Shown piece after piece: positions 21,399 to 30,790 of a stretch of DNA of 64,000 nt (its first letter is position 1; the number at the start of each line of letters is the position of its first letter). Both the position numbers and the translations under genes were made by a program. Source of the stretch: Histomonas meleagridis 2922-C6/04-290x (taxonomy: Eukaryota; Protista; Parabasalia); assembly GCA_020184695.1 (NCBI GenBank), contig JAANOX010000142.1:310001-374000 (forward strand), in the 5' to 3' direction. Below the pieces are notes generated by a model. It did no database searches. It saw only the letters and a program-made list of their open reading frames with translations, and had not been told where the DNA came from.

Positions 21399-23717
21399 AT
21401 GGAGTCAAAGAAAAAATCCTTCGCGCAAAGATTAATGCTTGATAAATATGACTTTTCAGGGGCAACGTTTATTAAAGAAAAACTTAGATCTGAGCCTCTT
21501 CCACCAGATTCTCATTTTTCTTCGAATATCAATTTCGAATATGATATAATTAGAGCTGCTCCAGAAGGTGGTTGTATTGGTGTTATACACAAGTCAGGGG
21601 ATAATGAAAATTTCATCGCGCTATATGATTCTTGCCTAAACTTTATCCGAAAAATTCCTTCACCAGTTCCATCACCAATCAAAGATTTCTTTATCACTCC
21701 AGAAGAAATTATTCTTATTCTCTATGAACACAATGAGTTGTTTGCAATGGATCAAAGAGGAAATAAAATTGAATCAAAGATAATTTGTCAAGGTGAATAT
21801 ATTATTACTTCAGCATTTTATGATTATGGCTTATTCCTTATTACGTTTTCAGGTAAAGTAATCCATGTCAAAAACTTTACAACAATGGAAGTTGAAGAAT
21901 TTGCTGAAGAAGTTGGCGAAAATTCAATGTTAGTCACAAACTTAAAGAACATTGCCATTCTCCCACCCAACGACGAGCATGGTTTCATCATATGGGGCTA
22001 TGCAACCAAACCAGAAACATTTGAATACATGCTTGTTTGCATTCAGCAAGGTAATGTTCAAAGTGTCAACTTCCCAGACGAAATTATGTCGATGCACTTT
22101 AGTGCTAACAAACAATTAGCTCTTGTACTTTGTCAAGATTCAATATACATTTGTACATCAACCTTCAACCGTTCATTTGTTCGACTCCAAATCGATGGAA
22201 TTGCTGTAAAGTGTGCGATGTGGTGTGGAGATAGTTCTGTTTTAATATCAACCGATGATGAAATGATAATGCTTGGTAACACCAATAAAATTCTCACCTG
22301 GCCAATGGAAAAGGGATGTATCTTTACCACAGAACCTGATGGTGCGCGTATTATCTCTCATAACAACATTTGGTATTTCCGTGAAGTGATTGGGGCACCC
22401 CTAGATTTTATTGAGCAAGATGAAAAATCGCCATCTTTTCGTTTCTTCTCAGCAGTTAGTAATCCACGTTCCTTTGTTATTAGTGATCCATTAGTTGAAA
22501 TGGGTTCTGATTTACCAAAAGCTATTGAAGGTTGTCTCGATTGTTGTAAGTTCTATCGTAACCAAGACTTTATACGATCACTTTTGCTTTGTGTATCTAA
22601 GTATAAGAACAAAATAGAGAACTATAATACACAAGAATATTCAGAAACGATTGCGCACATCAAAATCACGTCGAATCTTGCCAAGGAGCCCGTTAACATG
22701 CCCATGACAGAATCGCAACTTATGAGTTTGGGATATCAGAGGTTATTATTACGTTTATGTAATCGTTTTATGCATTTTTATGCTATTCGTATAGCTGAAT
22801 TTATCAATGATTATGAAGAACTTGTATATACGCATTGGGCTAATTGTATGATACGTTCTAGTGCTTCACCAACAGAAATCATCCAACGAATTACTAACAA
22901 TGGCTTTAACTTCGATTATGTCGAATTAGCAACGACAGCGTTTGATTTAGCGGATGAATTAAATGACCCACAAAAGAAAGAATTAGCGTTAGGCCTCTTA
23001 CACGAGAACAAAGTTAAGTCGCATTCAGTTCCATTATTAATTCGGCAAGGACAATGGGGAGCTGCAGTTGAAGCAGCTGTTAACTCGAATGATACATCAT
23101 TAATAACATATGTCTTAAACACAGCGACAGAACAAAAGCAAGATGACATAGTCCGTCAATGTATATCGCAGCATAAGATCGCGTTGCATTGTTGGCTACA
23201 AATTCATCCAGATGAAACAGATGTTGCAGACTTATTACTGAAAAGTGGCTCTGTACGTGATGCGCGCTATTGTCGTTATATGAAAGGAGAAGACTTAAAG
23301 AACATCCGCGAAGAAGCTAAAAAGGATAAAACGTCGAAAGATTCCGAAATATATGATAGGATTAACGACCTTAAAGAAACAGCCGCGAAGTATAAAATCG
23401 AGTACACGCCTGACCTGACCGCATATAAACTGTTCGAAAATATCCTCGAAGCTAAATTCGAACTGAAGAATGCAATGGCAGCTGCAAAGGCACTGAAAAT
23501 GGCACCAGACGAAGTGCTCGGAAGAGCTGTGGATGTGGCAATTAGAAATAACAAGGAGGACCTTATGAAGGAAGCGGCAAAGGGCGCAAACCAAGAGGAT
23601 TTGTGCGAACTAATCTTGGATTTGGCTGATAGCGGGAAGAAGAAAGAGGCGAAAATGCTATTGAGTTATGTGAGATCAAGCGCTGAAAGACTTCAGATCG
23701 AAAAACAAATTTCTTAA
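21399..23717 (+). CDS. VPS16: Vacuolar protein sorting 16 (HOPS/CORVET)
   Basis: N-terminal beta-propeller (AAPEGGCIGV, CAMWCGDSSVLI, TEPDGARII) and helical C-terminus LLLRLCNRFMHFYAIRIAEFI...HWANCMI...VPLLIRQGQWGAAVEAAVNSNDTSLI. First ATG at 21399. Confidence 0.88.
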   Translation: MESKKKSFAQRLMLDKYDFSGATFIKEKLRSEPLPPDSHFSSNINFEYDIIRAAPEGGCIGVIHKSGDNENFIALYDSCLNFIRKIPSPVPSPIKDFFITPEEIILILYEHNELFAMDQRGNKIESKIICQGEYIITSAFYDYGLFLITFSGKVIHVKNFTTMEVEEFAEEVGENSMLVTNLKNIAILPPNDEHGFIIWGYATKPETFEYMLVCIQQGNVQSVNFPDEIMSMHFSANKQLALVLCQDSIYICTSTFNRSFVRLQIDGIAVKCAMWCGDSSVLISTDDEMIMLGNTNKILTWPMEKGCIFTTEPDGARIISHNNIWYFREVIGAPLDFIEQDEKSPSFRFFSAVSNPRSFVISDPLVEMGSDLPKAIEGCLDCCKFYRNQDFIRSLLLCVSKYKNKIENYNTQEYSETIAHIKITSNLAKEPVNMPMTESQLMSLGYQRLLLRLCNRFMHFYAIRIAEFINDYEELVYTHWANCMIRSSASPTEIIQRITNNGFNFDYVELATTAFDLADELNDPQKKELALGLLHENKVKSHSVPLLIRQGQWGAAVEAAVNSNDTSLITYVLNTATEQKQDDIVRQCISQHKIALHCWLQIHPDETDVADLLLKSGSVRDARYCRYMKGEDLKNIREEAKKDKTSKDSEIYDRINDLKETAAKYKIEYTPDLTAYKLFENILEAKFELKNAMAAAKALKMAPDEVLGRAVDVAIRNNKEDLMKEAAKGANQEDLCELILDLADSGKKKEAKMLLSYVRSSAERLQIEKQIS

Positions 23718-24003
23718 AAAGTTCATATACATTACAAATGTAACATCATTTACACAATGTAAAGCACTGATAATTTATATCGTTTACTGAACTCTCAATG
23801 CAACGACGGCGTTTTGTGAGTGAACGCTTTTGAGCAGTGGAAATGGAATTTGTTTTACTTTTCACATTGTAACATATCAAAATATTGGTGATAATTTCGA
23901 TATTATAATCTATGGCATGAAAAGAGTTATTAATTTTCAAAAAGTTTCATCGTTTGTTTTTCTTTGAGATTTTATCGATTTATCGGTTTTCAGTAATTAA
24001 ATA

Positions 24004-27000
24004 ATGAATGAACAAAAAAAATTAAAAGACATTAATAAAAATCACCAAAACGAAATGGATACGCTAACATCAATTGAACAACTAATTATTAATTTAAATA
24101 AGGAAAATGTTGCAAAAACAGAAATTACGATAATCAATAAATGTCAAGATAATTATTATTCTTTTAACATTATTATTGCTCAAATAATTTATATATGTTT
24201 TAAAATACAGCATAAACATTTTGATGTTTATTTAAAAATTTTGAAAGAAATTGAAAATTTCGAAGAAAAACAAAACAAAAATAAAATTTTAGTCATATTT
24301 ACAGAATTTCTTCTTGCTAAAAAAACCCAAGAATCATATTATATTCTTAACCAAATGATTAAAGCTAATTTAATAAAGCCAACTATTCTTCAAAATAAAA
24401 CTAATCCATATTTTATACATTATTTAACTGAAAAAGAAATTAAAAAATTAATTTTAAATGATGATATAAAACAAATTCTAGGGAATTTTGAAGAACTTTC
24501 AAAAAATGACTGGGAACTTCATAAGAAATTAATAGATGAAGGAGTTAATCCCAATGAAATAGCAAAAATAATTCGAAATGATGAAATCGATAACCTTCAA
24601 GAAATAGCATCGCAACCTAATTTTGATTTTGATCAAACAATTGCGCCATCACTTTATGAAAGATGTTCATATATTAACAAAAAAAATGTTACATTAATTG
24701 ATTATGCAGCATTTTTTGGATCAATAAAATGCTTTAAGTATTTACTTATGAATGGTGCAAATGTTTTTAATACTGTTAAATATGCAATAGCAGGAGGAAA
24801 TTTGGAGATATTTCATTTATGTGAACAAAATCATTCATCATTTAAAAATGCATATGAAACAGTAATTAAATTTCATCGAAATGATATATTTAAATATCTA
24901 TATGAAAATAAAATAGTCCCAATAAAAAATATCAGGTTATTAGGGAAAAAATGTATTTTATATCATAACTATGAACTTTTATTATATTTAAAAGAAAGTG
25001 GAATGAAAATCAAGTCTGATATGATTAATGAATCCGCAAAACTTGGGAATTTATTTTTTACTAAGTGTTTCCTAGGAACACATTTACCAAATAATATATT
25101 AATCAATTCAACTGAATCAGGAAATTTTGAACTTGTAAAATATATATTACAGCAAGAAGGAAGTAATAACATTTTTCAAAATTTTTACTTGTTTTATTTG
25201 AATTTTTCAAATGATATTTGGAAATAATTTATAATGTTTCAAAAATCACTTATAATCGCAAAAAAAAAAAGATATACAGAAATTGTTAAATTATTACTTG
25301 GAAAAGAAGGAATTGACATTAATTTAAAAGATACTAAATTGTTTTATTTAAAGATTATTTTAATTATACGATGTTTTAAGCTAAAATTTGGCGTCTTTTT
25401 AAGATGCTTTGGACAATATTTATGTATGCATCTAAAAAAGATCATGCTGATATAGTTAAATTCCTTCTTGAGCAAGAAGGAATTGATATTAATGCTAAAG
25501 ATATTTATACATTTTCTTTAATATTTGTTTTGATAATTTTATATATCAAAATAATATTTGGAAATTATTTAAATTATTTAATACAGCACTTATGATTGCA
25601 TCTTCTTATCCTAATGTTAAAACTGTTAAATTACTTCTTGAACAAGAAGGCATTGATATTAATGAAAAAAATATTAATTCAGTTTATTTAATATCAATTT
25701 TATTAACAAAATATTTTATAATAATATTTGGAAACAATTTAAATAATTTTATACAGCACTTATATACGCATCAAAAAATGGTCATAAGGATGTGGTTCAA
25801 TTACTTTTAGAGAAAAAAGGAATTGATATAAATGCCAAAGATATTTATTAAAATAAATCAAATTTTATATTATTAACTTGATATTTCAAAATTATATTTG
25901 GTGGCTATTTGAATAATTTTATACAGCACTTATATGGGCATCTAGATGTAATTATATAGAAATAGTTAAATTACTTCTCGAAAAAGAAGAAATTGATATT
26001 AATGCAAAAGAAGAAATTTATTTTAATGATTTTTGATTTCAAAATGTTATTTCAAAATTATTTAAATAATTTTATACAGCACTTAATTGGGCATTAGAGA
26101 AAAGAAATATAGAAATAAGTAAACTACTTCTTAAACAAGAAAAAATTGACATTAATGCTAAAAATATTTATTTATTTTGTTTGGGATTCATTTTGATTAT
26201 TTATTATTTCAGAATAATATTTGGAATTCATTTAAATAATTTAGAAATGCGCTTATGGAAGCAACTTGGAAAAAATATGCAGAAATAGTTATTATACTTC
26301 TTGAAAAAGAAGGAATTGATATTAATGCTAAAGATATTTTTCTAATTTTCTTGATTTTTTTTTCAATAGTTTCGTGTTTCAGAATAATATTTGGAAATTT
26401 CTTAATTTATTTCATACAGCACTCATGTATGCATCTTATTCCCCTGAAATAGTTAAATTACTTTTAAAACAAAAAGGAATTAATATCAATGCTAAGGATA
26501 TTTGCTTATGATATTTGATATTTATTTTAATATTTTTTTATTTGATTATAATATTTGGAAATTATTTACATAAATTACCACAGCACTAATAAAAGCAACA
26601 CAAAATCGTAGTATAGAAACAGTTAAATTACTTCTCAATCATGAAGGAATTGATATTAATGCAAAAAATATTTATTCGTTTAGTTTAGTATTTGTTTTAT
26701 TAACTTTTTATTATAAAATAATATTTGGAAATTGCTTAGATTATATGAAACAGCACTTATGATTGCATCTTATATTGGTCATACAGAAATAGTTCAATTA
26801 CTTCTGGAATATAAAGGAATTGATATAAATGCTAAAAATATTTATTTGTTTTATTTGAAATTTATTCTTATAATTTCATATTTCAAAACAATAATTGGAA
26901 TTTATTTATGTTATTTAGAACCGCACTTATGAAGGCATCTTTTATTAATCGGATATATATTGTTAAATTACTTCTTGATCAAGAAGGAATTGATATTAAT

Positions 27001-27540
27001 GCTAAAGACACTTATATGTTTTATTTGATATTTAATTATGTAATTTTATATTTCAAAATAATATTTGGAAATTATTTAAATTATTTAAAACATCACTTAT
27101 GAAAGCATCTGAAGAAGGTCGTACAGAAATAGTTCAATTACTTCTTGAACAAGAAGAAATTGATATTAATGCTAAAGATATTTATTTATTTTATTTAAAA
27201 TTTTCTTTAATAATTTGATATTTCAAAATAATATTTGGAAAATATTTAGATTATTTAATACAGCACTTATGTTAGCATTCCAAAGCGACCACATAGAAAT
27301 ATTTAAATTACTTCTTGAGCAAAAAAGAATTGATATTAATGTTAAAAATAATTGTATGTTTTATTTAAAATTTGTATAAATAATTTAATATTTCAAAACA
27401 ATATTTGGGAGTTATTTGAATAATTTGAAACAGTACTTACTCTAGCATCAAAAATTAAACATGAAAAAATAATTGAACTAATTCTTGAGAATTATATATT
27501 TCACGTTTTAGATTTAATACAAAAGATTAAAAAAATGTAA
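24004..27540 (+). CDS. DUF3447-like + ankyrin-repeat protein with 14 loops interrupted by 54 spacers of 17 nt; predicted 872 aa after removal
   Basis: 3537 nt minus 54x17 nt leaves 2619 nt, or 873 codons with no internal stop, ending ...QKIKKM* at 27538-27540. Reconstructed loops: QNEGQKSL, KDKDGWTI, KDNYGNTAL, KNNNGYTAL, KDKDGYTAL, KEELQYTAL, KNGIGRNAL, KDDRGHTAL, KDDFGTTAL, KNSFGETAL, KNEHGRTAL, KDDYGKTSL, KDKDGNTAL, KNKNGETVL. Confidence 0.9.
25183..27429 (+). other. Fourteen clusters of 17-nt spacers separating single codons
   Basis: Example: spacer 25333-25349, AAA, spacer 25353-25369, GAT, spacer 25373-25389, GGC, spacer 25393-25409, TGG, then ACA at 25413. Spacer sequences diverge but the length is invariant. 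Confidence 0.92.
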
Positions 27541-27862
27541 AAACTTTAATAAACAGTATAATTTAATATTTTTGCTGATTGAGGCGTATTTTTATTAGAA
27601 AATTGTATAAAGAGTAAGTTTAATATATAAAATAATCTTAAATATTGTACATGTATTTAGTCTACAATGAATCTAAATGAAATTCTATTATATATACATA
27701 TAAGCTAAACTAATACAAAATAATAACATATGCGATATTTATAAAAATTATTCATAAATAGAATTAATTTAAATTTTTTCTGACTGGCAGGGGTACCCCA
27801 TCAAAAGTTCTTAATTAATTAATGCCAAAAATATTAAGAAAAAACAAATGTGTCAATAACAA

Positions 27863-28522
27863 ATGAGCAGCAAATTCTCTGTACTTCGTGATGATGATGA
27901 GTCCCTTGAAAGTGATAGCTCATCAGACACTGGAGGGGCATTACAACATCATTATACAATTCCGCAAATACTTGATTATTACAATGTAGCAAAAAATTAT
28001 CCTCCACCTCCAGAAATTACGAAATTCGAAAATGTTTTTGTAAGAAAACCACAGGATCCAGAATGCTTCATGTTTACACCACCAAAGTCAGAAATTAATT
28101 CAACAATATATTTCAATCCTTCAGGGAAAACTTCTCGAAGAGGGAATAGATCAAACAGAAATAGAAGAGGAAATGAATCACATGCAGATACTTCTCAAAA
28201 TGAACCAACAGAAGAAGATGTTTTATGGGTCTATAAAGATCCAATGGATCATATAGTTGGCCCATATTTATCACGTACAATGCGTAGTTGGCTTTTGAAT
28301 AAGCGATATATTGACTCTTCATTGTTGGTGAAAAAATTATCAGATGAATTTTTCCAACCAATTTCGGTATTGTTTCCAGATATAAACAAAGCGTTTGAAC
28401 TCGATAAGCCTACTTCTCAAAGTAATAACAGTTTAAATGAGGAAAAAAATCAAAATACTTTATTCGCCTTTTCTCTTCCTGATTCTGAAACTGGATTAGA
28501 TTTGGATGAAATTGCATCATAA
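27863..28522 (+). CDS. GYF domain-containing protein
   Basis: WVYKDPMDHIVGPYLSRTMRSWLLNKRYI matches the GYF pattern W.Y.DP.G..QGPF....M..W...GYF. Confidence 0.75.
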   Translation: MSSKFSVLRDDDESLESDSSSDTGGALQHHYTIPQILDYYNVAKNYPPPPEITKFENVFVRKPQDPECFMFTPPKSEINSTIYFNPSGKTSRRGNRSNRNRRGNESHADTSQNEPTEEDVLWVYKDPMDHIVGPYLSRTMRSWLLNKRYIDSSLLVKKLSDEFFQPISVLFPDINKAFELDKPTSQSNNSLNEEKNQNTLFAFSLPDSETGLDLDEIAS

Positions 28523-28782
28523 CCAAACGAATATTATATATGTTTAATAAATGAATCTTTTAAATGTAAATTTTTATACATTTATAATGCAATTAACATT
28601 ATCATTGTCATATATTTAAATTTTAATGTTTCTTCATTTTTCCTTTCAAACTATAAAAATAACAACAAACTTGCTAAAGAATTTTGAGAAGTAATTTAAC
28701 AATATACAGAGATTTATAAAAGGGTTCCGCACTTTTTGTACGTTAAAGACGTTCATTTTTTTGTTATTTTGCAAAAAACAAG

Positions 28783-30221
28783 ATGAAAACAGGAACCATC
28801 CATCCTTCACTAGATTCTAGCATTCTATACCAAAATATGGCAAGGGAACTATCCAAAACCAACGTTAGATATACAATACGACTACTTGAAAAAAATAATT
28901 ATTTCTCTAGAATTGAACAAGCAACATTATTTTATGATTTACGCAATGACCTTGAGATAAACGTTTCAATAAGACGTGTTGCACGATATAATGAAGTCGA
29001 TTCATCAAATTTGTCATAAAATCTCAAGAACCATAATCTGAAAAAACCATCTGGAAGATCAAAAGAAATTCGAAATTATATTTTTGATCAATTTGATGTT
29101 ATGGTTTCCAGTTCGTTGCATCTGAACTTTATCAAAAGACATGAAGACAAAATTGCTTTGGCGGTGGCATATCCACAGGAAGAAGTGCGATTGACAGTTA
29201 CGAAGGATTTTGCCAAAAAAATATATCTCACTTAAAAAAGTATATCAAAAATATACCAACAGAACTAATCATGATGAGGCATGTTTTAGCGACTGGATTG
29301 ACAGCCACCCAAGGCGTGTTGATAACGTATCGGTTACAAGAAACGAAGATTTCAGTATTCAGTGAAAAGAAACAAAAGATTGAATGTATCCAGAGAATTT
29401 TCGAATGAACACATTGAAAATATAAAGAAATACGTTGTTGGAAAAGCAGCTGAATTAGTTTCTAAAATTGATGAAATGGGAACAAGCGAATGGGTAGATA
29501 GAATAATAAAAAGCGGTTAGGGCTCCAAGAAATGTGTTCCAAGGACCTGTTATAGTACCTGCCCTTATCGATAAAGATTCAAACATTAATTTCATGTATA
29601 AGCGCAGCAGGTGATACCATAACACCAATGACAATTGCTTCTAGTGCACGAGTTTATGAAGTCTTTAGTACTGGGATAAGAAATGGAATTGACTTGAAAA
29701 TTTCGATATCAATTTATCCATACGTGAAAAAAGAAATATTTTACGATTATGTCACAAGTGTATTTATTTACTATGTTAATAATCAGCGAAGTATTGAAGG
29801 ATTTTCAGATGAGCTTGCTGTTTTATCCATGTACAATCATTCCTCACATTGCGATCCAGAAATTTTGAAAATTCTTGCTGAAAATCGAGTAATTGATATA
29901 ACATTCCCTCCACATACATATAACCTGTTTCAAATGCTTGATTTGGTGATATTTGGTGCACTTAAATATGTTAAAAGAGGTCTCACATCGAAGAAAAGTT
30001 TGAATGATGTTGCAGAATTAGCTGAAAAGGTTTCTAGAGCATATGAACAAGTTACGACCAGTATTAATGTTCGTTCTAGCTTTGAAAGAGTTGGTATATC
30101 TAGTGATCTTAATGAAGATATAAGGAGAATAATTTTTGATGAGGAAAAGGTTCAAAATTTTAAACATATAATTAGACAATTTTTTTATAATACAGTTAGA
30201 GATATAATTAGCTATAAATAG
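28783..30221 (+). mobile_element. Degenerate pogo/CENP-B-like DDE_1 transposase relic (multiple frameshifts)
   Basis: Fragments IDEMGTSEW (about 29466-29492), CISAAGDTITPM and YNHSSHCDPEILKILAENRVIDITFPPHTYNLFQMLDLVIFGALK. The N-terminal HTH-like ORF is 28783..29019. No TIRs identified. Confidence 0.8.
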
Positions 30222-30790
30222 AATAAAACTGGAAATTTAATAAATGTTTTTGAAATAATGTTTTCGATTTGCAATATTATGAAACACATTAAATTTGATT
30301 TATTTTTCTTTGAATCTGTCAATTTTAATATTCTATCATAATAAAATTTAATGCTGTATAACAAACATCAATCTAAAAACTATAAACAATTAACAGTGAT
30401 AAGTTTTTTGATGATATTAGAAATGCATTTACTGATTAAATTTTGTCCAAATCTAACGATCATCATCATTTTACCTTCTTCACTATTTAATCTTTTTTTA
30501 TTATCTTTATTTTATCTATTACAAAATAATTCATATATAGATTTTTCAATCACACAAAACATGTTTTATTTCATAGAAGGCAATGATTATTAAAACTTTA
30601 ATCAAATCTTCTTTTTTTAATATTATATTCTTTTCACCAAGTATAATGACATGACATAACAAATATTTTACCCAAAGATATTTCATATGTAATGTAAAAT
30701 TCGTAAAATATTATTTAAATAAACGTTTTATTTACTAAATCACATATTCTTTGATGTCAAAACTGACATTTTGATGTTGAAATTACTCCA

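Noticed and set aside
8871-27429. Alternative genetic code or stop-codon readthrough as the explanation of the fragmented ankyrin genes
   Set aside because: The frame shifts at each 170-nt unit, which readthrough cannot fix. All housekeeping genes here read normally with the standard code.
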